64,000 nucleotides of DNA from positions 78,058,001 to 78,122,000 of the forward strand of contig OX597830.1 of NCBI GenBank assembly GCA_951406725.2, read 5' to 3'. The translations under genes were made by a program, and so were the position numbers. This document shows, piece by piece, positions 1 through 14,316 of this stretch. Position 1 is the stretch's first letter. Every line of letters starts with the position of its first letter. Below the pieces are notes generated by a model. That model made no database searches, was not told the origin of the DNA, and was given only the letters and a program-made list of their open reading frames with translations. This stretch comes from Octopus vulgaris (lineage: Eukaryota).

Positions 1-744
1 CAGAGAGACGATACAAAAAAAAACAAGGACGGGTCATTCTAAGCCTTTTATCTTCAGTGAAGAACCAGATCATCCTCGCAATTTCGGCTGATTGATCTTG
101 AGATTGCTCCAATCTGGCCAGCCCCAAGGAAAAAATAAGCTAAGAGCATTAGATTCCTTTGGAAAAAACGTCGAATGTACACATATGACAGAAACGCGTT
201 GTAATTTGTTTGAAACATGGTAGTACTTAAGTAGAATAATGAATGAAAAGAGAGACAAGAAAAGCTTGTTCATTTATTATTCGATTTATATTTGTGTAAG
301 TGTGAGTGTGTGTGTGTATGTATGTGTGTGTGCGTGTGTGTGTGTGTGTGCTAATTTATTCACAGTATCAGGGGCATTATCGAATATTTAGCGGGCGATA
401 ATCCTTTCAGTGACATATTTAAATGTCTATCAGTACTACTGTCATTAGTTTCACACACACACACACAACACGCGCACATGCACATATATACATATGCACA
501 TATATACATATATGTCTGTATATGGTATATACATTTGTATAGTAGTGTGAAATTACAATCTCTTGATCAAATATATACAGAACAATATAATGGAAACCAT
601 TTTTTAAAAAGTAACTTTATTAAATTTTAAAGCATACCAAAAGCGCAAATATGTACAACATATAAACATCACTTGATAATACAAATGCACATTTGCACAC
701 ACGCACGTGTGTATATATACATGTACATATCTAAATATATATAA

Positions 745-819
<75 letters not shown>

Positions 820-1003
820 TGTATATATATATGTGTCAATGTGTGCGTGAGAGAGCTAATATGTAATCAAAATATATTACAATGTGCGTATTGCCTTGAG
901 TTGAATGTATGTGTGGGTTTATATGCGTGTGTGTGTGTGCGCGTATCTATGTGTGTGTGTATGTATGTTTGTACCTGTTTGTGTATCTTTCTCTCTCTGT
1001 ATA

Positions 1004-1039
<36 letters not shown>

Positions 1040-1090
1040 CATATATGTACATATATATGCATATATACATATATATATGCATATAAATAC

Positions 1091-1125
<35 letters not shown>

Positions 1126-1489
1126 TATATGCAAATACATACATATATATACATATATATATTTATATACACACATACATACATAAGTCTTCCTGTGTGT
1201 AGCACTGTATATGACATGTGCATGAGAATCTGTGTAAAAATCCGTGTCGTGACAAAATCTAAAATATATTCAGTTTTACATATTGATATTTGAATAAATA
1301 CTTAAAATATATTACCGATTTGACCTGGTTAGGTCAGCGTGTATGGGAGAAGTGCATGAGTATGTGTGAAAATTCATATGTATGTGTCAGATAGAAAGAC
1401 AGAAAAACAGAGAGGGAAACTTAAAGCCGACACAATTCAGCGCATTCAAATATGCATATAGGATAGTTTGTTTATAACACACACACATA

Positions 1490-1584
<95 letters not shown>

Positions 1585-1614
1585 TCTATCTATCTATATC
1601 ATACAAATACAAAT

Positions 1615-1660
<46 letters not shown>

Positions 1661-1917
1661 TGCATAAATACATATATAGGTATATTTATGTGCGTGTGTG
1701 TATTTAAGCATATATATATATATATATATATGAATAGCTTCTTTTGTATGTATATGTCTTATATATATTTACATGTATCGATATGCATACATATATACGT
1801 ATATGTATAAGATGTATATGTAGATGAATACCTATCGATATATGTGTGCGTGTATGTATATATGTATATATGTTGTATGTATGTATATATATATATATAT
1901 ACGTATGTATGTATATA

Positions 1918-1962
<45 letters not shown>

Positions 1963-2750
1963 TGTATGTATGTATGTATGTATGTATGTATGTATGTATG
2001 TATACATATGCGTTGTATTTGTATTTGTATGCTATAGATAGATAGAAAGGCAGGTACATAGAAAATGAGTGTGGGGAGAGATACGTATACTTTCTTACAA
2101 ACATGCTTTAAACGTTAAATAAACATCTTGTAGTCGATTGTGCATTTATACCCACTTATTTGCATGTCATCAAGTATTTAACAGTACATCAATCAATCTA
2201 TGTATACGTGTCTATGCATATTTACACACATACACACAGATATACACATAGATACATATACATATATACATTTATATCTATATCTATATACGTGTGTATG
2301 TATGTGTGCGTGTGTATGTGTGTATTTATGTGTGTATGTGTGAATGTTTGGCGCATGTAAGAACAAGAGATATAATGGAATTCCATAGCATTTATAAACA
2401 TGAACATCATGTCATTTAGGTAGTTAATACTGAAATAAAATTGCGAATTTTCACTTCATTACGTTGTATTTATATAATTCATATATTTTAAGTGTGTTTT
2501 TAATCTATGCATACATGTATGTATGTATGTATGTATGTATGTATGTTTGTATGTATGTATGTATGTATGTATCTATGTATCTATGTATGTATCTATGTAC
2601 ATATATAAGCTCAGATGAGAACACATGCAAACATATTCACATATACATATAGATATACATCTATAAACATATAGATACACACATACGTATGTGTGTATGT
2701 ATACATACATATTTACATATATACATATATATGCACATCCATATATATAT

Positions 2751-2781
<31 letters not shown>

Positions 2782-3490
2782 CACGCACACACATATATAT
2801 ATTCTTGTACATAAATATGCCTAGCTTATTGTTACACGCTTCTCTGCATATATGTTTATTTATGCAGACACAGGTTACGTTGTTCGTTGTATCGTCTTAA
2901 TCTAAGCCACTTGTTACACTGAAGTACGTTTCTTAACCTGTTTCTACTCTAAATATGCAAATTAGCCCATGCCAAATTTTTCTCTCCTCTTTTTGAGCAC
3001 ATATCAAAAACTTTTTTCTGCATGATTAAAGGCAGGTCTACTACTGTGCTGATAGTGTCAACAGATACAGAAACGCAGGTACTAGTGTGTGTCTTACTGG
3101 TATCCTACTGGCTACAGAAAAAAAAACCCACCCCTTCTTCCTTCATATCATGCCAATGCTGAATAATTTATGATGCTTCAGAACATTTTCCATTTTCATT
3201 GATATTCGGTCGTAATTGCCAGTAGGTGTTCGTTTGCTGACCTCCCAACCCAAACGATGATAATTTTTGAAAAATCTAACATTTCACTTGTACGGAATTT
3301 GGTATAATATTTTTTACCTTTAAATTCGGGCAACAGCTCTAGATCACTTTCAAGTTATTTCTGTTGGCTGGTGAAATCCTTTTCTTGTGATATTTCTTCT
3401 TATTCTGTGGTTTTTTGAGTGGAAAGGTGGGACAAGAATGATGATATTACCAGTCTCACATTCTGTCTCACACCACTCACTATTTCCATA

Positions 3491-3649
3491 TATTTCCATA
3501 GATTGCTAATGCAAGGGACATTTTCCTTTTTCTGCCTATCTCTGTCTCCCTTTTGTACTCTTGTGTAAAAAAAAAAAGAGTAAAAAAGAGAGTCAGAGAC
3601 AGGCAGAAAAAAGGAAAATGTCCCTTGCATTTGAAAACTGTGGAAATAT
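3491..3649. repeat. Imperfect inverted repeat, ~72-bp arms with ~13-nt loop
   Basis: aatgcaagggacattttcctttttctgcc...tactctt (3491-3562) is reverse-complementary to aagagta...ggcagaaaaaaggaaaatgtcccttgcatt...ggaaatat (3576-3649). Confidence 0.9.
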
Positions 3650-3919
3650 CTGTTTTCTAAAAAAACATTTCATTTAATTTTTCTACAATTTAACTGTTTT
3701 TCATACTTTACTCTAAGTTGAAAAAGTCACATAGGCTGAAACCGGTACAAAAATGTCCTTCATGATAAAATTATTTTAGCAGTTTCTACCTTATCTTATT
3801 TTCCTTATATATATATATATATTTTATGTATGTATGTATGTATGTATGTATGTATGTATGTATGTATGTATGTATGTATGTATGTATGTATGTATGTATG
3901 TATGCATGTATGTATGTAT

Positions 3920-4310
3920 GCGCAGGCGTTGCTGGGTAGTAACAAGGTTGCATTCCAACCACATCACACCTTAGGCAAGTACCTTGAAATAGAGCCTCGG
4001 GTTACTTGGTAGTGTCAATTTGATAGACGGAAACTAAAAGAAACCTGCCATGTGTGGGGGGTGTATGTGTGTGCGTGCGTGAGTGTGTGAGTGTGTGTGT
4101 GTGTGTGTCTGTGTGTGTTTGTGACTTTGTCCCCTACCACCGCTTGACAACCAGTTATGGGGTGTTTACGTCTCTGTAAATTTGTGTTTCCTCAAGAAAC
4201 CAATTGATTACGTACCAGGCTTCAAAAAATAAAGTACTGCCTTGGATTGTCCAACTAGAATTCTTGAAAGCAGTGCTCGAGCATGGAAGCAGTCTAATAA
4301 ATGAAACAAA
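3920..4310 (+). mobile_element. SINE family B (Octopus-type), degenerate copy
   Basis: Matches better-preserved copies at 20269 and 43586 (caccttgggcaagt, gacggaaactgaaagaagcc, gcttgacaacc, ccagcatggccgcagtc). Confidence 0.75.
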
Positions 4311-4313
4311 GAA

Positions 4314-4704
4314 GGCGGCGAGCCGGCAGAAACGTTAGCACGCCGGGTGAAATGCTTAGCGGTATTTCGTCTGCGTTACGTTGTGAGTTCAAATTCCGCC
4401 GAGGTCGACTTTGCCTTTCATCCTTTCGGGGTCGATAAATTAAGTACCAGTTACGCACTGGGGTCGATGTAATCGACTTAATACCTATGTCTGTCCTTGT
4501 TTGTCCCCTCTGTGTTTAGCCCCTTGTGGGCAATAAAGAAATAGGTATTTCGTCTGCCGTTACGTTCTGAGTTCGAATTCCGCCGAGGTCGACTTTGCCT
4601 TTCATCCTTTTGGGGTCGAAGTACCAGTTGCGTACTAGGGTCGATCTAATCGGCTGGCCCACTCCCCCCAAAATTTCTGGCCTTATGCCTAGAGTAGAAA
4701 AGAA
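4314..4704 (+). mobile_element. SINE family A, dimeric form (tRNA-like head, Deu/Nin-like central domain)
   Basis: ggcggcgagc..gcagaaacgttagc head, gagttcaaattcc B-box-like motif; gactttgcctttcatcctttcggggtcgat..agtaccag body occurs twice. Confidence 0.85.
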
Positions 4705-4786
4705 TAAATGAAACAAAGTAAAGATAAAATGATAGATAGATAGACAGATACGCACAGTCACACACACACACACATACACACACAAA

Positions 4787-4904
<118 letters not shown>

Positions 4905-5899
4905 AACGAGAACCTAAATCTAAGACAACGAGATCTTATCATAAACCTCGTGTTGACAGACTCCGCTGTATCTTGTCATCACCCATTGCATTTGTTTCCT
5001 ACTTATCTCCCCTTGTGTGTTACTTCGCTTTTAATATATTCATTCGTGTTTCTTCATCTTCGTCGTTTCTCTTTTATCCTAACATTCTTTCCTACTTACT
5101 TTCCTGTTGCTATCATTCCTTATTATTGTCACCATTTGTTATTTCTTCGTTCCCTCTCTTTATTCTTTATCCTTTTTCCATGGTCATCCCCTTCATCCCC
5201 TTCCTCTTCCATCGTACACTTCCTATCTTTATCTCCAGCCATCCGTTCGTCCACTTTCCCTTTATCTCTTATCCAAATTATCTCCGACTTCCCAGCTTCT
5301 CTGTCCATCTTTAACAGTTTTGTACTTTGTATTTTGTCCTTATTATATTTTCCTATGTATACTCTTGCTGGCTTTGCTATGAGTAGAATGCATTTTTCAG
5401 TCTTTGTTTCCTTTCTCTTCTTTCTTTCTTTCTTTTTTCTTTCTTTAATTCTTTAGAGGGTTTCGTTTTCACACTTACGATTCTTGCCTTTGATGTTTCA
5501 TCGCTAATACACATCCCAATGGTAAAACTCACCTCATCTTTCACACACACAGACACTCACGCGCACGGTCACCTCTGCGTTTTCTCTCTAATCTGAGCTA
5601 TTCAGGACTGTCGTCAACAGCTCAGCTGACGATGAACCTCAACGAAGGCTTCCAAAATTTGATCATATATGCAAATCTGAAGTTGGTTATATGTTTTGTG
5701 TGTGAGCTTTAACTACAGCATTAGAGCTCTTTAGTTCTTATTTCTAGCAATGTAGGTATTCTAACACCCTAGACGTATTTAGTGACAATTATAGCCTTTT
5801 TCTTTTTGGTAAAACATTGCACACTTATCTCTTCATTAAATTATTGTATATACATTAATGATTCGCTAAATCATCCATACATTTTTATCGTGAGTACAT

Positions 5900-5941
<42 letters not shown>

Positions 5942-5942
5942 G

Positions 5943-6148
5943 GTTAATCCAAACATGAAAACACAAAGAGAAAACACAACAACGCGAGGACGTGGAACAA
6001 GTATAGTATTATTGGACGCTCAGGAAAGAAAAGAATGAAGGAGGATTTAACGTTTCGAGCGGAGCTCTTCGTCAGAAATATAGGAAAAGAAAAGATAAAA
6101 GGAAGGGAAGACGAAGGAAAAAAATCGCCAACGGTACACACGTGGCCA
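5943..6148 (-). mobile_element. Short (TA)n-anchored repeat with minimal hammerhead-like core (Penelope-like)
   Basis: Minus strand CTGACGA-A-GAGC-tcc-GCTC-GAAACGTTA at 6048-6075; homologous to 10790-10975 and 29790-29950; abuts (TA)n. Confidence 0.65.
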
Positions 6149-6479
6149 AAAAATATATATATACTACTTCGCTGATCGTTAATCTAACAAATATAGAGAG
6201 AGGTAGTCTTACTGTGAAATTCTAATAAGACTGAAACATGCTTGAAGTTGTCGTCCTTCCTTGCCAAGACCAGATTTAATGTCAATGAGTTGTAATTTCT
6301 TACTCCAATCACATAGGTACAAATCATTAATATTCATTAGATTTTTCTTCTTTCTTCGTATCATTAAGTAAAATAGTACTAAACTGATATAGTGATGAAA
6401 CTTACCCAAGGAAACAAATTTGTGTCGAAAATCGAGGCCTCATGATGACTTTCGTATAATATGAGCAAACAGAAACACT

Positions 6480-6934
6480 TCTACCACCGCCAACACCATC
6501 ACCATAAACTACCACCAACAACAACAAGAACACCAACAACACCAACAACACCACAACCACCACCACAGCCTCCACCACCACCACCACCAACACCACCGCC
6601 TCCACCACCACCACAACTATAACTCACGCTACAAAGACCACCACAGGCAACAGTAACAACACTATAACCACTGCCACTATTACCATTTCCAAGCAACACC
6701 ACTACAACACACCAGATCCACTAGATCCCCACCATCACCTCTACCCGCCACCGCCACCGCCACCGTAGCTATTTTCACCATTAGATCACTACCGCTACCA
6801 TCACCACACAGCCACTACGGCCAACAGACACCATCAACGCCAACACCACTGTACTGATAAGTAATCTTTAGAATGTTACCTGTTGTTCTGTTGATGGATG
6901 AAGTTTATTAATGACGTCCGGTTGTTGTTGTTGC

Positions 6935-6980
<46 letters not shown>

Positions 6981-7175
6981 GGCGGCGGCGGCTTTAGGGG
7001 AGATAAGGGTGATGATGATGGTACTGATGGTGCTGATGATAGTGACGGTAGTAGTGGTGGTGGTTTTAGTGTTGTGGTGGTTGTGTGGTGGTGGTGGTGG
7101 TGGTGGTGGTGGTTGTGGTGGTGGTGGTAGTACTATTTGCGGTATTGGTGGTGGCGCATGCTGGTATTGGTGATT
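6480..7175. repeat. ACC/AAC-rich tract followed by complementary GGT/GTT-rich tract, flanking a ~70-bp unique island
   Basis: (ACC)n-like 6480-6850, unique 6850-6920, (GTT/GGT)n-like 6920-7175. Confidence 0.85.
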
Positions 7176-7219
7176 GTACAACCCGGCAAGCACAACACAA
7201 GATTAATGAATGTACTATT

Positions 7220-7500
7220 TATCATTTCAAATTCAACCGCGGTTGTCTTTGTCCCTTTATCCTTCCGGGATCGATTAAATGAGTACCAGTTGGGAACAGG
7301 GGTCGACGTAATCGACTAGAACCGTCCCTCAAAATTTCAGGCCTTGGGCCTATAACAGAAAGAATTCTGCCGCGGTCGACCTAGCCCTTCAGCATTTCGG
7401 GATTGATGAAATGACTACCAGTTGAGCACTGGGGTCAATGTAATCGACTAGATCCCTCACTCAAAATTTCAGGCTTTGTGCCTAAAATAGAAAGGATTAT
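7220..7500 (+). mobile_element. Two tandem degenerate SINE family A fragments
   Basis: agtaccagttg..ggggtcga.gtaatcgactaga..aaaatttcaggc motif occurs twice. Confidence 0.7.
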
Positions 7501-7854
7501 TTACTATTTCCGGTGTACCGGAATACATAAATTCGTTTACGCAATCCACTGTCTGGAGAGACGTTGTTCGCCTCGCTTAGTTATATACTGCGCTTTTAAC
7601 ACGACATGACTACGATTAGATTTTCTCTTAAACAGAAACCACAGTATCAAGTTTTTTCAATGGTGTGAATAAATTAAGTATGTGCACATATGGTTATATA
7701 CAGGGTTTCCAAAAGTCACCTGACAGTAAATCAAAACTATTTAATTCCGAGATAAAAAGAAAAAAATTATTTTATATGAGACTTTGCTAATAAATAGACA
7801 ATTGTTGAAAAAAGAGGTGATTTTAACTCACAGCATTCAATTATTAAACATCCA

Positions 7855-8718
7855 GATCTTTTCATTTGTGAAGCCAGTTTTTCCAAATTTTTCCTACTGA
7901 ACCAAACAATTTGAAACTTCGTATACTGGTAGAATGTGTCAAAAGTAAACTTAATTGTAAACCAGAATGAAAACGGAATTGTAACTTCTAAGTTTAACAT
8001 TGTTTAATAATTAGAATTTTGACCAATGGTATTCCGTCATTCGGCTTCATATTATTTACTCCGTCTCGACCACCAATTTCGTGACGTATTAAACATGTGG
8101 TATCTGAAATGTAAACAAACTATTTTCGAGTGAATACTCGGTGTATGTGTATCTGTATGTATGTGTGTGTGTGTGTGTGTGTATGTATCTATGTATGTAT
8201 GTGTGTGTATGTATGTGTGTGTGTGTGTGTGTGTGTATCTATGTGTGTGTGTGTGTGTGTATCTATGTGTGTGTGTGTGTATGTAAAACTATAACGATGT
8301 TAATTTTTTTCGAGTGAATACTCGGTGTATGTGTATCTGTATGTATGTGTGTGTGTGTATGTATCTATGTATGTATGTGTGTGTATGTATGTGTGTGTGT
8401 GTGTGTGTATCTATGTGTGTGTGTGTGTATCTATGTATGTATGTGTGTGTATTTATGTGTGTGTGTGTGTGTAAAACTATAACTGCTTTCTACGTCACAC
8501 TAACAGAATGCAGTAACGTATTATATGTGAAAACAAGCAATCTCATTGGTTAAAATTCGCAGTTTTAATCTACGATTAAAGTCATAAAATAGATTTTTCT
8601 CAAATAAACTAGTTCCAACTTGTGTCTTGTTTTGAGATACTCTACGACTACACGAAGTTTCAAATTATTTAGTTAACTAGAAAGATCTGCGGTCCTGGCC
8701 ACGATATTGAAAAGATCC
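7855..8718. mobile_element. Non-autonomous DNA transposon, (G)GATC termini, 8-bp TSD (Merlin-like), copy 1
   Basis: GATCTTTTCA...TGAAAAGATCC ends; AACATCCA direct repeat at 7847-7854 and 8719-8726; shares aacaatttgaaacttcgtatactggtagaatgtgtcaaaa with 30782-31935. Confidence 0.75.
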
Positions 8719-9013
8719 AACATCCATAACTGGAATGAATAAATAAAATTGAATATTAAGTATTTATGGAATTTTCATTTACTGTCGAGTGACTTTGGGC
8801 CAAAACTGTATATATTGATTGCTTATTGTTTTCCTACATGTCAGAGGCAACAAATTTCGTCTAAGCGCATGGCATTTGGCATTGTATGGGTATATACACA
8901 CATATATATATGCGCGTGTATGTGTGTATGTATATATATATATATATATACACGTATAAAAATATGAGATGAAAGGTCTAAGACATTTATGTGTTATATA
9001 AACAGTGAAATAA

Positions 9014-9071
<58 letters not shown>

Positions 9072-9521
9072 GCGTGTGAGGAATAAATTTAGCTCGCTAA
9101 ATAAATAAACTTTTTCTGTACTTACTTCCGTTTCACTTACGCCAAGGTAGACACTTATGAAAATGATAAAATAAGTATCAAAGTCGATGTAATCAACGAA
9201 TATTCTTTGAAGGTTTGTTGCTCTAACATGGCCAGAGAACAGGGAGTAAAAAAAATAAAAATTAAAATTAGAAAAAATAAAATAAAAGCGAAGTGTGACG
9301 TCAGCCGGTTGTGAGAGTCTGCTGTCTGGTTCAGTATAAATCTTGGCTTTGATCTGATAAGAGTCTGCTTATGTCGGCAGGTGGACAACAGTTCCGTTTT
9401 TTTTATTAACTGGTTTCATTCGTAAGACTTCCTTTAGTAAGTTCGTGTTGAGTAGAACAATTTATGTATGTATGCATGTACGTATACATATTTATGTACA
9501 AGTATATATACATATATGGAA

Positions 9522-9571
<50 letters not shown>

Positions 9572-9652
9572 TTTATGATAAAATAAATTACTTTACTCTG
9601 CTATGTATTGAATACCTTATTTACTGTGGTTAACCCGACTCAACCCGGGACC

Positions 9653-9690
<38 letters not shown>

Positions 9691-9933
9691 GAGAGAAAGG
9701 TAGATAGATGTGTCTAAAAAAACATACAGACACACACATATATACACACGCACATATATGTGAGTGCATATGTAAATGGAAGTGAGTAAAAGTGTATCAG
9801 TGTAGACACATATACATTCGTACATGCATACATATACATGTATACACGCACACACAAATATATAAGTGAATGCATATTTGTATTGCCACTATTTGTCTGT
9901 GATTGTGTACTTATATCTATACACACACACATG

Positions 9934-9966
<33 letters not shown>

Positions 9967-10789
9967 GTAAATACACACACGCACACTTGTGTGTATGTGT
10001 GTGTGTGTAGGCATGTGTGTATGTGTAAATGAATGTAACTTCTTTAAAAAAAATATATACTACACCAAAAGAAAGACAACACCAAAATCAATGTTGTATG
10101 TGTTTATCACGCAGTATATCACATGACCTGAACTGAACAAGGCTTCCTCCTCCATCCCCACCACTCCCATCGCTACCACCACATTCACCACTGTCAGTAC
10201 CACCGCCGCCGCCGCCATCACCACTGCCTCCCTAGACATTGTTCTGACTACACGTAGGCTCCACACTCACTTCATGTGTTCAAGATGGCGGCGGTGTTTA
10301 ATCTCAATCTGAAGAGATTCGTCTCAGATACTGACAATATGAAATGTTAAACCGTGAATTATTGATAACAGATGGAAGGCGTAGGAGAGCAGTGTGGATT
10401 CCGGGTAGGGTTCCGGGTACGGGTGCGGAGTGATAGCTTTTTTCTTTTTTCAGTGAATTTTTTTCTTTTTCTTTGTTTTTTTTTTTTGTTTTTGGACTGG
10501 GTAAAGGATGTGGGCTGGAAGGAACAATGAATAAAATTTTTTAAAGTGAAGGGATGAATTGCAAGAGCAAGCAATAATGTGTAAAACGAGGCTTTCTGGG
10601 GAGGGGGGGATAAATTAGAAAATCAAAATAAAAAAATGAACAAAGAAATATTTTCAATAGTTGTCTGACTGCCTGTCTCTGTCATCGTCTGTATGTCGGT
10701 TCCTCAGATTCTCTCCTCTCTCTCTTTCTCTTTTTGTCTCTCACTGATTGTTCTTCAAAGGAAGCCTGTAACTACATATATATATACCG

Positions 10790-10972
10790 CTGGAAATTTT
10801 TTTTTCCTCTGTCTTCCCTTCTCTGGATCTTTCCTTCTCCTATGTTTCCGACGAAGAGCTCCGCTCGAAACGTTGAACCCTCCTTCTTCACTTCTTTCCT
10901 GAGTGTCCAATAATACTATATTTGTTCCACGTCCTCGCGTTGTGTTTTTTTGTTTCTTTCTTGTTTGGATTA

Positions 10973-10975
<3 letters not shown>
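10790..10975 (+). mobile_element. Short (TA)n-anchored Penelope-like repeat with degenerate hammerhead core
   Basis: CCGACGA-A-GAGC-tcc-GCTC-GAAACGTT at 10848-10874; inverted homolog of 5943-6148. Confidence 0.65.
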
Positions 10976-11054
<79 letters not shown>

Positions 11055-11061
11055 AAATATA

Positions 11062-11305
11062 ATAAATGCGCCCTTTTAAAGCCTAGTCAGGCTCATGGGC
11101 CCGGTTTCCCGGTTTCTATGGCGTATGTGTTCCCCAGCTGGACGGGAAGCCAGTCTATCGCAGCGTTATACATATTTACCAGCTCAGAGGAATGGAGCAA
11201 CGTGAAATGGAGTGTTTTGCTCAAGAACACAACGCGTCGCCCGGTCCGGGAATCGAAAACACAATCATGATGCTGACGCCCTAACCACTAAGCCACACGC
11301 CTTCA
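11062..11305 (-). mobile_element. tRNA-derived SINE (family E)
   Basis: Minus strand: tggcttagtggttagggc A-box, ttcgattccc B-box, gtgttcttgagcaa core, gaaaccgggaaaccgggccc tail shared with family D. Confidence 0.8.
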
Positions 11306-11416
11306 CCTATATATATATATGCATGTACGTATGTAGGTATGTATGTGTACACACACATGCACACACGCGCATTACGTTATAAGTTAAAAACAGCGTTTGT
11401 GTTGTAAACATCGACA

Positions 11417-11477
<61 letters not shown>

Positions 11478-11480
11478 CAT

Positions 11481-11533
<53 letters not shown>

Positions 11534-11599
11534 AATATACATATATATATATATACATATATACATATATGTATGTATGTATGTATTTATGTAAGTATG

Positions 11600-11931
11600 T
11601 GGAGCTCAGTGGTTAGAGCGTTGAGCTTACGATCGTGAGGTTGTGAGTTCGAATCCCGGACCGGGCTGCGTGTTGTGTTCTTGGGCAAGACTCTTTATTT
11701 CACGTTGCTCCAGTTCACTCAGCTGTAGAAATGAGTTGCGACGTCACAGGTGCCAAGCTGTATTGGCTCCTTTGCCTTTCTCTTGGATAACACTGGTGGT
11801 GTGGAGAGGGGAGGCTAGTACGCATGGGCGACTGCTGGTCCTCCATAAACAACCTTTGCCCGGACTTGTGCCTGGGAGGGTAACTTTCTAGGTATAATCC
11901 CATCTTCTGTGTCATGACCGAAGGGGGTCTC
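11600..11931 (+). mobile_element. tRNA-derived SINE (family E head, different tail)
   Basis: agctcagtggttagagc A-box, gttcgaatccc B-box, gtgttcttgggcaagac CORE-like motif. Confidence 0.85.
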
Positions 11932-11932
11932 A

Positions 11933-12024
<92 letters not shown>

Positions 12025-12025
<1 letters not shown>

Positions 12026-12215
12026 GGGGGAGAGTTTACGAAAAAAAACAACAAAAGACGAAGACAGGACGTGTAGAAAACAAACAGATGTATTAGTATA
12101 ACGCTCGGGAATTGAAAAAGTCTTCTACGTTTCGAGCCTACGCTCTTCTACAGAAAGGGACACAGAAAGAAACAAGGAGAGAAAAAATGTGTGTAGTGGC
12201 TACTGATCTGTCATG
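12025..12215 (-). mobile_element. Short (TA)n-anchored Penelope-like repeat
   Basis: Minus strand CTGTAGA-A-GAGC-gtag-GCTC-GAAACGTA; homologous to 50330-50460. Confidence 0.6.
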
Positions 12216-12224
12216 CCGATCTAT

Positions 12225-12340
<116 letters not shown>

Positions 12341-13474
12341 ATATGCCTTTTCAACTGTATTCTTCCATAGCAGATATAGGCATTTGCCTTTCTCTGAGGT
12401 GCACTTGTGTATTCGAGTGGAACTGAACTAGAAATTTGCTACCGCGGTTGCAAAACCACGCGAGCTTCTTAACTTCATCATTTTTTCATTAACTTTTGTT
12501 TTGCTTGCTTGTTTTTTTATATCTTTTTTTTTTTTCATTTCTGATTCCTTCCTCTTGAGCTGCTTTCTACATCATCGAATCGTATTCAAAATTCTGACAA
12601 AAGACTTGACTTCGTTATTTAAATTTCGCGTATCAAATAAAATTGATGAGATTTTTTGGTATGTCCCAGTGGATTAACACTTTGTAGACATTTTAATGAT
12701 TCTTTAACACCAGGAATTCTATCATCTTCAAAGAAATGTCATCCAGTTGAATGAGTTTTATGGAGTCTGAAGCTTTTTGCTTTTCTTCAAACTTTTAATC
12801 CATATCATAACATACTTTAACTGAAAGATTTATTATGAGGGACATTGTTGATGTCGTGTTTTTATATAAGAATCATTGCTGTTGGTTAGGTTGTCTTCAT
12901 TACTACCACTAAATTCAAAATTCAGCATTCTGCAACTGTGTAGCTAGTGACGAACTCTTAAAATACTAAAAATAGCAACCAAATCTCTGTAGCTCCTTTT
13001 GTTAGTCGGGAAAATTTTCTTTGCAGTATTTCTTCCGATTCATTACATTGAGTTCCAATTCTGCCGAAGTTGATTTTACATTCCATCTGTTCAGCAAGGG
13101 AAAAATAAATACCAGTTGAGCACTGCTGTCGATGCAGCAAACAGGGGGAGGTGTTTATCTCCCTCTTTGAAAACTTAAGGACACAGAACGCTTGTGTCAC
13201 ATAGCCAACTGGAAATGATGTTTCCTAGGGCTAAATAGCAGTAACATTCTTCCTTTTTTTCTGGGACTGCCACATGAAGTTGGCAACAAACCATCATGTT
13301 TTCTTTACAATTAATTTCTATTTAAAAAAAAAAAAAATGGATGTGATCTACGTCATCAGCTTGCAAAACTGTTATTTAAAAAATAATCGGGTGAAAAATT
13401 GATATACAATAAGCGGTTGCAAGAAGTCTAACAAGATCCACAACAAATTTAATAATTCGGAAAATGTACTTCTT

Positions 13475-13843
13475 TTATTCTTTTACTTGTTTTAGTCATT
13501 TCACTGCGGCCATGCTGGAGCACCGCCTTAAACCGTTTTAGTCGAAGAAATCGACTCCAGGACTTATTTTATCAGTCTCTTTTGCTGAACAGCTAAATTT
13601 CGGGGACGTAAACACACCAACAACGGTTGTCAAGTGATAGTGATTGGGGGAACACATGCAAAGACACACAAATATATACATATATACGATGGGTTTCTTT
13701 TGAGTTTCCATCTTCGAAATCCACCCACAAGCTTTGGTCGGCCCGAGGCTATAGTAGAAGACACTTGCCGTAAGTGCCACGCAGTGGGACTGAACCCGAA
13801 ACCATGGGGTTGGGAAGCAAGCTTCTTACCATACAACCATGCC
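13475..13843 (-). mobile_element. SINE family B
   Basis: Reverse complement of the 43586-43970 copy. Confidence 0.85.
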
Positions 13844-14283
13844 TTTACCTTTTTTAAAAATTTCTTTTTTTATATATATATAAACCATAAATATTTAAAT
13901 CTCAAAAATCCTTGGTGCCCCAGCATGGTCACAGCCTCAGGGCAGAAACATATAAAAGAATAAAAAATAGGTTACAGGGCAAAGAGTTTTGAGAGGAGTG
14001 GGATCAGTCGATACCATGGACTTCAGTATATTACTGGTACATTGTTTTATCGACCCCTGAAGAATGACAGACAAAGTCGACAGTGATGGGATTTGATCCC
14101 AGAAAATAAAGAACTGGAAGAAATATCACAAGGGATTTTTATCCAACTTTCTAAATATTCCGCCAAACAGCAATAACATAAATAACAACAAAATGCTTGT
14201 AATTTAAAAATAATTATAAACGAAAACGGAACTTCAACACGGTAAAACAATTACTAAAACCGAATGGGGATTGAATTTCCACT

Positions 14284-14316
<33 letters not shown>

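Noticed and set aside
4950-5456. 168-aa hydrophobic ORF
   Set aside because: Pyrimidine-rich low-complexity tract; several frames are open simply because stop codons are scarce
5620-5665. CTGACGA hammerhead-like start (also CTGATGA at ~41241 and on minus at ~36814)
   Set aside because: No correctly placed GAAA, stem I or stem III
9296-9340. TGACGTCA (CRE) plus TATAAA, promoter-like
   Set aside because: Short motifs expected by chance in 64 kb; no downstream exon or ORF support
11600-11665. tRNA gene-like sequence
   Set aside because: No acceptor stem or poly-T terminator; continues into a SINE body
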